From Eledone cirrhosa (Eukaryota): DNA of 64,000 nt. The notes under the pieces were generated by a model that saw nothing but the letters and a program-made list of their open reading frames with translations, had not been told where the DNA came from and did not search any database. Below, piece by piece: positions 42,054 to 55,800 of the stretch. Position numbers and translations under genes: made by a program. The stretch is taken from contig OZ024743.1 of NCBI GenBank assembly GCA_964016885.1, positions 197,532,001 through 197,596,000 of the forward strand, in the 5' to 3' direction. Numbering within the stretch: position 1 is the first letter of the stretch; every line of letters begins with the position of its first letter.

Positions 42054-42293
42054 GTGAGAGAGGAGAAGAAGGAGGAGAGGAAGGGAGCACCCGCTCTTTG
42101 TGCTCCCGAGGAGGAGGGTTGCACATATTTTTCGGGGGTGTGTGCGACCCACGTCAAACCCCCTCCCTATTGAGGACTTCGATTGTTGAATTTGATTTGT
42201 TATATGTTTTTACACGTCCTTTGAAATGTATGTAAACTCCCCCCTTGTATTTGTCCCAATCTTTGATGCCCTGGTGGCAAATAAATAGAAAGT
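40942..42293 (+). mobile_element. Tx1/L1-clade LINE, 5'-truncated
   Basis: ORF2 C-terminus plus a ~240-bp 3' UTR with AATAAA near 42280, flanked by tatctatct on both sides. Confidence 0.85.
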
Positions 42294-42902
42294 TATCTAT
42301 CTGTGTACTACTAAAACTCTGTGATTGCTTGCTTGCTTGCTTGATATTTTGAAAGGAATTTGACCCTGAAATAAAACAAGTTTCGCGTAAATCAGAGCAC
42401 GTGTTTCCGAGATATGGGGTTTTTCCGGGTATCTTCACAAATAGAGAGAGAAAGATACAGAAAAAGAGATAGTGGTTGTGAGAGAGTAGATTGACAGAGA
42501 AAAATAGAGAGAGAGAGAGAGACAGAGAGGGAAAGAAGGAGTCAGAGAAGGAGAATGGAAGATAGAGCTGTTGGTTTTGTTGTGTATATATATGTGTGAG
42601 TGTGTGTGTATATATATGTGCGCGTGTGTGTCTATGACCAGTGTATATAGATCACAGACACCAACACACACACACACACACACACACGCATATATATATA
42701 TGTACACACACACACTCATTTATATATATACATACACACACGCATATATATGGGCCTTCCAGTTTCATTTCACATTATATACATGCTTGTGTATATTTTA
42801 ATTATTCAAAAATTATTTTTAAGTGAACATAATTTAAAAAAAATATTTTGAAGCGAACGTGACCCAACGGGTCACGGGTGGTCTAGTTTATAGTAAAATC
42901 AC

Positions 42903-43297
42903 TTAATATTTAACTCTACAAAATATTTCAGCAATGCTGGTATGGTCACTACCTCCGTCTCTCTCGCTTTCCCTATCTCTCAGTATTATGAGCAAATGGG
43001 GGCCCACGCGCTGGCCGCCACGCGGTCCGGCCGAAATAATAGAAAAGACGTTTCCCCGGGGGGTAGTGAGGGAGACGCGTTGGAGGAGCCATTCCAGTTC
43101 GCGAAGCTCACACCTGCGGGTAGCCAACTCTGTGCCGATGATGGTGAGTAGGGAAGTAGTCCTAGGGCCAAGGATACCAGAGGTCTCCATTGCTACTGGT
43201 TCGACGACAAACCTGTCGAAGAGCGACGGATTTTTGTAAAGTTTACCCTCCTCGGTCCGAAGTGCACGAGAGCCTGGATTAGTTGCCGACTGCACCA
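42903..43297 (-). pseudogene. CRE-like non-LTR retrotransposon restriction-like endonuclease C-terminus
   Basis: EEGKLYKN..FVVEPVAMETSGILGP..IGTELA..RELEWLLQRVSLTTPRGNVFSI resembles the AExxKxxKY..FxPxAxETxG..FLxQRxSxAxQRGN pattern of CRE-clade elements. Confidence 0.75.
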
Positions 43298-43524
43298 GAT
43301 TGCCACTAATCTAACGAGTTTCATATCAATAATAAAGTTATTTCGACTTTATAAAATCGAGTCGTTGGGAGAGCGACATTCATTTATTTTCTTTCTGCTT
43401 TATGACCCATGACTCTTGGTGGAGTCGTAGGGGCTCCCTGATAATATATGGCGTTTCTTGAGCATTTTTTAAAAATCTGATGGAACCAATCTTTTCTGCA
43501 GGTGTGAACACAGTCGATTTCTTC

Positions 43525-43622
43525 CAGAGATGGTGTGTGTGTGTGTATGTGTGAGAGAAAGAGGGTAGAAGAGAGAGAGAGAGAGAGGGAGGGAGAGAGA
43601 GAGAGAGAGAGAGAGAGAAAGG

Positions 43623-43662
<40 letters not shown>

Positions 43663-43726
43663 TGGTGTGTGTGTGTGTGTATGTGTGAGAGAAAGAGGGT
43701 AGAAGAGAGAGAGAGAGAGAGGGAGG

Positions 43727-43761
<35 letters not shown>

Positions 43762-43814
43762 AGAGAGAGAGAGAAAGAGAGAGAGAGATGGTGTGAGAGA
43801 GAGAAAGAGAGATG

Positions 43815-43855
<41 letters not shown>
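43525..43855. repeat. (GA)n/(GT)n compound microsatellite with an internal duplication
   Basis: gagatggtgtgtg..gagaaagagggtagaag occurs twice. Confidence 0.9.
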
Positions 43856-45484
43856 GGGGAGGGGAGGGGGATAAGCAATGGATATAGAAGAAGAATCGAC
43901 TTCCGTACTGGATTCGTACTTTTTGACCCAGAAAAAATGAAAAGCAATATTGACTTCATCGAGATTTGACCCCCAAATACGGAGAGACTGAACTAATATC
44001 GCAAACCATTCTGCCTTACGTTCTGACAACTCTGTTAATTCGCCACTTATATGTTATGTTCCACCGTGGTGAATTATAATACAATGCAGCAGCATCTTGT
44101 CATTCATTCTTCTTGGATTAAGGACTTATGTTGAGTTATTGCTGCTTATGAACTTAATTGAGAGTATAATAAGGACTCGTTAAAACAAGTAGTGTTTAAA
44201 ATAAATCGAAATAGTATATACATATAGCATACACGCGCGTACATACACACGCACATAAACACACGCATACACACACACACATACACACACGTACATACTT
44301 ACCCACGCACACGCACAAACACAAACACATACACATACACACGCATACAAACATACATACACACACATACATACATACCCACGCACACACATAAACACAA
44401 ACACACACGCATACACACGCATACACACGCATACACACACACATACATACATGCCCACGCAAACACACAAACACACACACACACGCATACACACACACAC
44501 ATACATGCCCACGCACATATATATGCACATACATACACATACACACACACACAGATACACACATCCACACGTACAATCTCAGTGTTTAAAATAAATCGAA
44601 ATACTTTTCATACCGAGTATTAGAGATTATTGACCCGACCACGTAGCATACACACACATACACACGCGCGTACACACACACATATACATACACACGTACA
44701 CACACAAACACATACATACCCACGCATACACTCACACATACATACTTACAAACACATACACACACACACATTCACACGAACAATCTCACTGACACAACTG
44801 TATTCGCTAATGCCTCACATTAAAGGAGCACCATGATTTAGTTACCTCTGTGCCAATTATTAACCTTTTATACTGAATTACATTGGAATAACCGATATGT
44901 AAGTTTATGAAATAACAGCTCAGTCATTTTTTATCTGAAATGGCCACCCTTCAGATAATTTTAGTTGTTCTTTTATATGATACTTCTTCCCTTGAAAGCA
45001 AATTAAGAGCTGTCACTCTCACGATTCTCACACGTGGCAGCAATTATAATTCCCTTTATTAACAGTTCACCACTCCATTGTTATCACTAACTTTCTAATT
45101 GTTTCGAGTAGATAAATACAACTCCTTTGGAACAAAGAGAAACAAACAAGATTTATCAGTTAAAAAAAACCCCAGTAATATTGGCTAAACAGATAAATTT
45201 TTACTTTTAGATTACGCTAAATATACTACTTGTTGTGTCTACCATCTTAAATTGTCTTCCCTTTCCTTCATAAAAAAAAAAGAACAAAGCAAAACATTTA
45301 CGTGATATTTATTTGCTTTAAGAAGCTTCCATATGTGAGATGGAAGCTTGCTACGTTAGATTTAGTATTTTATCATCTTAGAGGCCAGTGGAGGTGACTA
45401 AGACAGTAAAACATAAGTATTTAGTTTAAAACCCTTAAAAAAGAAATCTGTATCCAGGGTAATACGTCATTCGTATATTATATA

Positions 45485-45854
45485 CCGTATTTCCCGGCGC
45501 CGAAGACGCTTCGTCCCTGAGAACGCACCCTAATTTTGACAACCAAAAATTTGAAAAAAATAATTGTTTCTACTTTTGGCACAAGGCCAGCAAATTACCT
45601 AGTACATTACTGGTACTCTATTTTATCGACCTCGTAAGGATGAAAGGCAAAGTTAACTTCGACGGGATTTGAACTCAGACTGTAAAGGGACGTAACTATG
45701 CTGGAAAGCATGGCGTCCGACCCTCTACCGATACTGCCAATTCACCACCCTTTGAAAAAAAATAAATAAACAACCCTCGGCCTCCAGGACGCATGATAGA
45801 TTTTTGAAACTTATTTTAGGAAAAAAGTAGCGTCTTCGGCGCCGGGAAATATGG
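45485..45854. mobile_element. pogo/Tc2-like MITE with a nested SINE
   Basis: TIRs ccgtatttcccggcgccgaagacgc / gcgtcttcggcgccgggaaatatgg with TA flanks. Confidence 0.85.
45560..45750 (-). mobile_element. SINE family A inserted in the MITE, TSD tttgaaaaaaa
   Basis: Full consensus match; duplication at 45550 and 45751. Confidence 0.9.
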
Positions 45855-45975
45855 TACTTCACAATATGGTAACTCACAACCGTAATTATATTGATAAATA
45901 GTCAGAAAACGCTTTGTTAATGAATAATGTAGTTTAAAGGCTACACCCCCACCATGACACACACACACAGACACA

Positions 45976-46064
<89 letters not shown>

Positions 46065-46065
46065 A

Positions 46066-46177
<112 letters not shown>

Positions 46178-46199
46178 ACACACACACACAAACACACAC

Positions 46200-46246
<47 letters not shown>

Positions 46247-46262
46247 ACACACCACACACACA

Positions 46263-46368
46263 CAGGGTGTTCCCCCTAAAATGTATACATACTTCAGCAT
46301 TCTAATAAATATTTCCTGTATAGGTGTGTACATCACAAAGAGTGTATACATCTTTTTGGGACACCCTC
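46263..46368. mobile_element. Tc1/mariner-type MITE abutting (CA)n
   Basis: TIRs cagggtgttcccc..aaaatgtataca / tgtatacatctttttgggacaccctc. Confidence 0.7.
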
Positions 46369-46859
46369 TATATATAAATCAGGAGGCATTCAATTTGAAA
46401 CTGGTTAGACCATTATTCAACAGAGTACTCGATATTTGGGGTAGAGGACTATGGTTATATTATAATGAGTCGGGAGAAATTATATGCATATGTATATAAT
46501 GTGCGAAACCCAAATACACGAAAGAACTGTAATAACAGTCGATCGCTATAAATAACAGCTTATAAAATCGGGTGAAATACATCTAGTGACGGAGAAAGTT
46601 GACCAGCAGTTTCCCGGAGGATCAAATTCCGTAGCTCACGAATCCCATCCAAACTCCATTCCCATGATGCTAAGTAGAGTCTGACAAAGAACTGACAAAG
46701 AATTCCGTCAAATTTAGGATGTAATCAAATTTTATAAATTATCGAAGCACAGGGTTATTTGAAATGTTGGTTAAACTATTGCTGTTGTTTGTTAATGTTC
46801 GTATTAGTTTTGTTGTTAGTATTGATGTTGAAGTGGTTAGTACCGTTGATAGGACTGTT

Positions 46860-49800
46860 ATATATAGTGATGTTGTTGTTAGTATTGTTGTTGTTGATAG
46901 TGATGTTTTTCTTAGTATTGTTATTTTATTTAGAGATCTTGTTATCGTTGATAGTGATGTTATTGTTGTTGTGGTTATTGTGGTTATTGTTGCTAGTAAT
47001 GTTGATAGTGATGTTATTGTAATTAGTGTTGTTATTGTTGTAATTATTATAGTTAGTGTTGTTGTTGGTGTCAGCATTGTTGATAGTGTTGTTATTGTTG
47101 TAAGTATTGTTAATAGTGATCTTATTGTTGTAAGTATTGTTGATAGTGATCTTATTGTTGTAAGTATTGTTAATAGTGATCTTATTGTTGTAAGTATTGT
47201 TGATAGTGATCTTATTGTTGTAAGTATTGTTGATAGTGATCTTATTGTTGTAAGTATTGTTGATAGTGATCTTATTGTTGTAAGTATTGTTGATAGTGAT
47301 CTTATTGTTGTAATATTGTTGTTAGTGATGTTATTGTTGTAATATTGTTGTTAGTGATGTTATTGTAGTTAGTGTTGTTGATAGTGATCTTATTGTTGTA
47401 AGTATTGTTGATAGTGTTGTTATTGTTGTAGGTATTGTTGATAGTGTTGTTATTGTTGTAAGTATTGTTGATAGTGTTGTTATTGTTGTAATATTGTTGA
47501 TAGTGTTGTTATTGTTGTAAGTATTGTTGATAGTGTTGTTATTGTTGTAAGTATTGTTGATAGTGTTGTTGTTGGTGTCATTATTGTTGATAGTGTTGTT
47601 ATTGTTGTAAGTATTGTTAATAGTTATCTTATTGTTGAAAGTATTGTTGATAGTGATCTTATTGTTGTAAGTATTGTTAATAGTGATCTTATTGTTGTAA
47701 GTATTGTTGATAGTGATCTTATTGTTGTAAGTATTGTTGATAGTGATCTTATTGTTGTAAGCATTGTTGATAGTGATCTTATTGTTGTAAGTATTGTTGA
47801 TAGTGATCTTATTGTTGTAAGTATTGTTGATAGTGATCTTATTGTTGTGATATAGTTGTTAGTGATGTTATTGTTGTAATATTGTAGTTAGCGATGTTAT
47901 TGTAGTTAGTGTTGTTGATAGTGATCTTATTGTTGTAAGTATTGTTGATAGTGTTGTTATTGTTGTAAGTATGGTTGATAGTGTTGTTATTGTTGTAAGT
48001 ATTGTTGTAATATTGTTGTAATATTGTTGATAGTGTTGTTATTGTTGTAAGTATTGTTGATAGTGTTGTTATTGTTGTAAGTATTGTTGATAGTGTTGTT
48101 ATTGTTGTAAGTATTGTTGATAGTGATCTTATTGTTGTAAGTATTGTTGATAGTGATCTTATTGTTGTAAGTATTGTTGATAGTGTTGTTATTGTTGTAA
48201 GTATTGTTGATAGTGATCTTATTGTTGTAAGTATTGTTGATAGTGTTGTTATTGTTGTAAGTATTGTTGATAGTGATCTTATTGTTGTAAGTATTGTTGA
48301 TAGTGATCTTATTGTTGTAAGTATTGTTGATAGTGTTGTTATTGTTGTACGTATTGTTGATAGTGATCTTATTGTTGTAAGTATTGTTGATAGTGTTGTT
48401 ATTGTTGTAAGTATTGTTGATAGTGATATTATTGTTGTAAGTATTGTTGTTAGTGATGTTATTGTTGTAATATTGTTGTTAGTGATGTTATTGTTGTAAT
48501 ATTATTGTTAGTGATGTTATTGTAGTTAGTGTTGTTGATAGTGATCTTATTGTTGTAAGTATTGTTGATAGTGTTGATATCGTTGTAAGTATTGTTGATA
48601 GTGATCTTATTGTTGTAAGTATTGTTGTTAGTGATGTTATTGTTGTAAGTATTGTTGATAGTGTTGTTATTGTTGTAAGTATTGTTGTTAGTGATGTTAT
48701 TGTTGTAATATTGTTGTTAGTGATGTTATTGTAGTTAGTGTTGTTGATAGTGATCTTATTGTTGTAAGTATTGTTGATAGTGTTGTTATTGTTGTAAGTA
48801 TTGTTGATAGTGATCTTATTGTTGTAAGTATTGTTGATAGTGTTGTTATTGTTGTAAGTATTGTTGATAGTGTTGTTATTGTTGTAAGTATTGTTGATAG
48901 TGTTGTTATTGTTGTAAGTATTGTTGATAGTGATCTTATTGTTGTAAGTATTGTTGATAGTGATCTTATTGTTGTAAGTATTGTTGATAGTGTTGTTATT
49001 GTTGTAAGTATTGTTGATAGTGATCTTATTGTTGTAAATATTGTTGATAGTGTTGTTATTGTTGTAAGTATTGTTGATAGTGATCTTATTGTTGTGAGTA
49101 TTGTTGATAGTGTTGTTATTGTTGTAAGTATTGTTGATAGTGTTGTTATTGTTGTAATATTGTTGATAGTGATCTTATTGTTGTAAGTATTGTTGATAGT
49201 GTTGTTATTGTTGTAAGTATTGTTGATAGTGATCTTATTGTTGTAAGTATTGTTGATAGTGATGTTATTGTTGTAAGTATTGTTGATAGTGTTGTTATTG
49301 TTGTAAGTATTGTTGATAGTGATCTTATTGTTGTAAGTATTGTTGATAGTGTTGTTATTGTTGTAAGTATTGTTGATAGTGATCTTATTGTTGTAAGTAT
49401 TGTGGATAGTGATCTTATTGTTGTAAGTATTGTTGATAGTGTTGTTATTGTTGTAAGTATTGTTGATAGTGATCTTATTGTGGTAAGTATTGTTGATAGT
49501 GTTGTTATTGTTGTAAGTATTGTTGATAGTGATCTTATTGTTGTAAGTATTGTTGTCAGTGATGTTATTGTTGTAATATTGTTGTTAGTGATGTTATTGT
49601 TGTAATATTGTTGTTAGTGATGTTATTGTAGTTAGTGTTGTTGATAGTGATCTTATTGTTGTAAGTATTGTTGATAGTGTTGATATTGTTGTAAGTATTG
49701 TTGATAGTCATCTTATTGTTGTAAGTATTGTTGTTAGTGATGTTATTGTTGTAAGTATTGTTGATAGTGTTGTTATTTTTGTAAGTATTGTTGATAGTGT

Positions 49801-52800
49801 TGTTATTGTTGTAAGTATTGTTGTTAGTGATGTTATTGTTGTAATATTGTTGTTAGTGATGTTATTGTAGTTAGTGTTGTTGATAGTGATCTTATTGTTG
49901 TAAGTATTGTTGATAGTGTTGTTATTGTTGTAAGTATTGTTGATAGTGTTGTTATTGTTGTAAGTATTGTTGATAGTGTTGTTATTGTTGTAAGTATTGT
50001 TGATAGTGATCTTATTGTTGTAAGTATTGTTGATAGTGATCTTATTGTTGTAAGTATTGTTGATAGTGTTGTTATTGTTGTAAGTATTGCTGATAGTGAT
50101 CTTATTGTTGTAAGTATTGTTGATAGTGTTGTTATTGTTGTAAGTATTGTTGATAGTGATCTTATTGTTGTAAGTATTGTTGATAGTGTTGTTATTGTTG
50201 TAAGTATTGTTGATAGTGATCTTATTGTTGTAAGTATTGTTGTTAGTGATGTTATTGTTGTAATATTGTTGTTAGTGATGTTATTGTTGTAATATTGTTG
50301 TTAGTGATGTTATTGTAGTTAGTGTTGTTGATAGTGATCTTATTGTTGTAAGTATTGTTGATAGTGTTGATATTGTTGTAAGTATTGTTGATAGTGATCT
50401 TATTGTTGAAAGTATTGTTGTTAGTGATGTTATTGTTGTAAGTATTGTTGATAGTGTTGTTATTGTTGTAAGTATTGTTGACAGTGTTGTTATTGTTGTA
50501 AGTATTGTTGTTAGTGATGTTATTGTTGTAATATTGTTGTTAGTGATGTTATTGTAGTTAGTGTTGTTGATAGTGATCTTATTGTTGTAAGTATTGTTGA
50601 TAGTGTTGTTATTGTTGTAAGTATTGTTGATAGTGTTGCTATTGTTGTAAGTATTGTTGATAGTGTTGTTATTGTTGTAAGTATTGTTGATAGTGATCTT
50701 ATTGTTGTAAGTATTGTTGATAGCGATCTTTTTGTTGTAAGTATTGTTGATAGTGTTGTTATTGTTGTAAGTATTGCTGATAGTGATCTTATTGTTGTAA
50801 ATATTGTTGATAGTGTTGTTATTGTTGTAAGTATTGTTGATAGTGATCTTATTGTTGTAAGTATTGTTGATAGTGTTGTTATTGTTGTAATTATTACAGT
50901 TAGTGTTGTTGTTGGTGTCAGCATTGTTGATAGTGTTGTTATTGTTGTAAGTATTGTTAATAGTGATCTTATTGTTGTAAGTATTGTTGATAGTGTTGTT
51001 ATTGTTGTAAGTATTGTTGTTAGCGATGTTATTGTTGTAAGTATTGTTGATAGTGTTGTTATTGTTGTAAGTATTGTTGATAGTGATCTTATTGTTGTAA
51101 GTATTGTTGATAGTGTTGTTATTGTTGTAAGTATTGTTGATAGTGATCTTATTGTTGTAAGTATTGTTGATAGTGATCTTATTGTTGTAAGTATTGTTGA
51201 TAGTCTTGTTATTGTTGTAAGTATTGTTGATAGTGATCTTATTGTTGTAAGTATTGTTGATAGTGTTGTTATTGTTGTAAGTATTGTTGATAGTGATCTT
51301 ATTGTTGTAAGTATTGTTGTTAGTGATGTTATTGTTGTAATATTGTTGTTAGTGATGTTATTGTTGTAATATTGTTGTTAGTGATGTTATTGTAGTTAGT
51401 GTTGTTGATAGTGATCTTATTGTTGTAAGTATTGTTGATAGTGTTGATATTGTTGTAAGTATTGTTGATAGTGATCTTATTGTTGTAAGTATTGTTGTTA
51501 GTGATATTATTGTTGTAAGTATTGTTGATAGTGTTGTTATTGTTGTAAGTATTGTTGATAGTGTTGTTATTGTTGTAAGTATTGTTGTTAGTGATGTTAT
51601 TGTTGTAATATTGTTGTTAGTGATGTTATTGTAGTTAGTGTTGTTGATAGTGATCTTATTGTTGTAAGTATTGTTGATAGTGTTGTTATTGTTGTAAGTA
51701 TTGTTGATAGTGTTGTTATTGTTGTAAGTATTGTTGATAGTGTTGTTATTGTTGTAAGTATTGTTGATAGTGATCTTATTGTTGTAAGTATTGTTGATAG
51801 TGACCTTATTGTTGTAAGTATTGTTGATAGTGTTGTTATTGTTGTAAGTATTGCTGATAGTGATCTTATTGTTGTAAGTATTGTTGATAGTGTTGTTATT
51901 GTTGTAAGTATTGTTGATAGTGATCTTATTGTTGTAAGTATTGTTGATAGTGTTGTTATTGTTGTAAGTATTGTTGATAGTGATCTTATTGTTGTAAGTA
52001 TTGTTGTTAGTGATGTTATTGTTGTAATATTGTTGTTAGTGATGTTATTGTTGTAATATTGTTGTTAGTGATGTTATTGTAGTTAGTGTTGTTGATAGTG
52101 ATCTTATTGTTGTAAGTATTGTTGATAGTGTTGATATTGGTGTAAGTATTGTTGATAGTGATCTTATTGTTGAAAGTATTGTTGTTAGTGATGTTATTGT
52201 TGTAAGTATTGTTTATAGTGTTGTTATTGTTGTAAGTATTGTTGATAGTGTTGTTATTGTTGTAAGTATTGTTGTTAGTGATGTTATTGTTGTAATATTG
52301 TTGTTAGTGATGTTATTGTAGTTAGTGTTGTTGATAGTGATCTTATTGTTGTAAGTATTGTTGATAGTGTTGTTATTGTTGTAAGTATTGTTGATAGCGT
52401 TGCTATTGTTGTAAGTATTGTTGATAGTGTTGTTATTGTTGTAATTATTGTTGATAGTGATCTTATTGTTGTAAGTATTGTTGATAGCGATCTTTTTGTT
52501 GTAAGTATTGTTGATAGTGTTGTTATTGTTGTAAGTATTGCTGATAGTGATCTTATTGTTGTAAATATTGTTGATAGTGTTGTTATTGTTGTAAGTATTG
52601 TTGATAGTGATCTTATTGTTGTAAGTATTGTTGATAGTGTTGTTATTGTTGTAATTATTATAGTTAGTGTTGTTGTTGGTGTCAGCATTGTTGATAGTGT
52701 TGTTATTGTTGTAAGTATTGTTAATAGTGATCTTATTGTTGTAAGTATTGTTGATAGTGTTGTTATTGTTGTAAGTATTGTTGTTAGCGATGTTATTGTT

Positions 52801-55800
52801 GTAAGTATTGTTGATAGTGTTGTTATTGTTGTAAGTATTGTTGATAGTGATCTTATTGTTGTAAGTATTGTTGATAGTGATCTTATTGTTGTAAGTATTG
52901 TTGATAGTGATCTTATTGTTGTAAGTATTGTTGATAGTGTTGTTATTGTTGTAAGTATTGTTGATAGTGATCTTATTGTTGTAAGTATTGTTGTTAGTGA
53001 TGTTATTGTTGTAATATTGTTGTTAGTGATGTTATTGTTGTAATATTGTTGTTAGTGATGTTATTGTAGTTAGTGTTGTTGATAGTGATCTTATTGTTGT
53101 AAGTATTGTTGATAGTGTTGATATTGTTGTAAGTATTGTTGATAGTGATCTTATTGTTGTAAGTATTGTTGATAGTGATCTTATTGTTGTAAGTATTGTT
53201 GATAGTGATCTTATTGTTGTAAGTATTGTTGATAGTGATCTTATTGTTGTAAGTATTGTTGATAGTGTTGTTATTGTTGTAAGTATTGTTGATAGTGATC
53301 TTATTGTTGTAAGTATTGTTGTTAGTGATGTTATTGTTGTAATATTGTTGTTAGTGATGTTATTGTTGTAATATTGTTGTTAGTGATGTTATTGTAGTTA
53401 GTGTTGTTGATAGTGATCTTATTGTTGTAAGTATTGTTGATAGTGTTGATATTGTTGTAAGTATTGTTGATAGTGATCTTATTGTTGTAAGTATTGTTGT
53501 TAGTGATGTTATTGTTGTAAGTATTGTTGATAGTGTTGTTATTGTTGTAAGTATTGTTGATAGTGATCTTATTGTTGTAAGTATTGTTGTTAGTGATGTT
53601 ATTGTTGTAATATTGTTGTTAGTGATGTTATTGTTGTAATATTGTTGTTAGTGATGTTATTGTAGTTAGTGTTGTTGATAGTGATCTTATTGTTGTAAGT
53701 ATTGTTGATAGTGTTGATATTGTTGTAAGTATTGTTGATAGTGATCTTATTGTTGTAAGTATTGTTGTTAGTGATGTTATTGTTGTAAGTATTGTTGATA
53801 GTGTTGTTATTGTTGTAAGTATTGTTGATAGTGTTGTTATTGTTGTAAGTATTGTTGTTAGTGATGTTATTGTTGTAATATTGTTGTTAGTGATGTTATT
53901 GTAGTTAGTGTTGTTGATAGTGATCTTATTGTTGTAAGTATTGTTGATAGTGTTGTTATTGTTGTAAGTATTGTTGATAGTGTTGTTATTGTTGTAAGTA
54001 TTGTTGATAGTGTTGTTATTGTTGTAAGTATTGTTGATAGTGATCTTATTGTTGTAAGTATTGTTGATAGTGATCTTATTGTTGTAAGTATTGTTGATAG
54101 TGTTGTTATTGTTGTAAGTATTGCTGATATTGATCTTATTGTTGTAAGTATTGTTGATAGTGTTGTTATTGTTGTAAGTATTGTTGATAGTGATCTTATT
54201 GTTGTAAGTATTGTTGATAGTGTTGTTATTGTTGTAAGTATTGTTGATAGTGATCTTATTGTTGTAAGTATTGTTGTTAGTGATGTTATTGTTGTAATAT
54301 TGTTGTTAGTGATGTTATTGTTGTAATATTGTTGTTAGTGATGTTATTGTAGTTAGTGTTGTTGATAGTGATCTTATTGTTGTAAGTATTGTTGATAGTG
54401 TTGATATTGTTGTAAGTATTGTGGATAGTGATCTTATTGTTGAAAGTATTGTTGTTAGTGATGTTATTGTTATAAGTATTGATGATAGTGTTGTTATTGT
54501 TGTAAGTATTGTTGTTAGTGATGTTATTGTTGTAATATTGTTGTTAGTGATGTTATTGTAGTTAGTGTTGTTGACAGTGATCTTATTGTTGTAAGTATTG
54601 TTGATAGTGTTGTTATTGTTGTAAGTATTGTTGATAGTGTTGCTATTGTTGTAAGTATTGTTGATAGTGTTGTTATTGTTGTAAGTATTGTTGATAGTGA
54701 TCTTATTGTTGTAAGTATTGTTGATAGCGATCTTTTTGTTGTAAGTATTGTTGATAGTGTTGTTATTGTTGTAAGTATTGCTGATAGTGATCTTTTTGTT
54801 GTAAAAATTGTTGATAGTGTTGTTATTGTTGTAAGTATTGTTGATAGTGATCTTATTGTTGTAAGTATTGTTGATAGTGTTGTTATTGTTGTAATTATTA
54901 TAGTTAGTGTTGTTGTTGGTGTCAGCATTGTTGATAGTGTTGTTATTGTTGTAAGTATTGTTAATAGTGATCTTATTGTTGTAAGTATTGTTGATAGTGT
55001 TGTTATTGTTGTAAGTATTGTTGTTAGCGATGTTATTGTTGTAAGTATTGTTGATAGTGTTGTTATTGTTGTAAGTATTGTTGATAGTGATCTTATTGTT
55101 GTAAGTATTGTTGATAGTGTTGTTATTGTTGTAAGTATTGTTGATAGTGATCTTATTGTTGTAAATATTGTTGATAGTGTTGTTATTGTTGTAAGTATTG
55201 TTGATAGTGATCTTATTATTGTAAGTATTGTTGATAGTGTTGTTATTGTTGTAAGTATTGTTGATAGTGATCTTATTGTTGTAAGTACTGTTGATAGTGT
55301 TGTTATTGTTGCAATATTGTTGTTAGTGATGTTATTGTTGTAATATTGTTGTTAGTGATCTTATTGTAGTTAGTGTTGTTGATAGTGATCTTATTGTTGT
55401 AAGTATTGTTGATAGTGTTGTTATTGTTGTAAGTATTGTTGATAGTGTTGCTATTGTTGTAAGTATTGTTGATAGTGTTGTTATTGTTGTAAGTATTGTT
55501 GATAGCGATCTTTTTGTTGTAAGTATTGTTGATAGTGTTGTTATTGTTGTAAGTATTGCTGATAGTGATCTTATTGTTGTAAATATTGTTGATAGTGTTG
55601 TTATTGTTGTAAGTATTGTTGATAGTGATCTTATTGTTGTAAGTATTGTTGATAGTGTTGTTATTGTTGTAATTATTATAGTTAGTGTTGTTGTTGGTGT
55701 CAGCATTGTTGATAGTGTTGTTATTGTTGTAAGTATTGTTAATAGTGATCTTATTGTTGTAAGTATTGTTGATAGTGTTGTTATTGTTGTAAGTATTGTT

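Larger units (their letters stand above)
40931..42886 (+). mobile_element. Non-autonomous Helitron interrupted at its 5' end by a Tx1-like LINE
   Basis: 5' a|TCTATCTATCT..(LINE)..gtgtactactaaaactc and 3' perfect hairpin cgtgaccc-aac-gggtcacg (42858-42876), then CTAG|t at 42883-42886. Confidence 0.6.
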
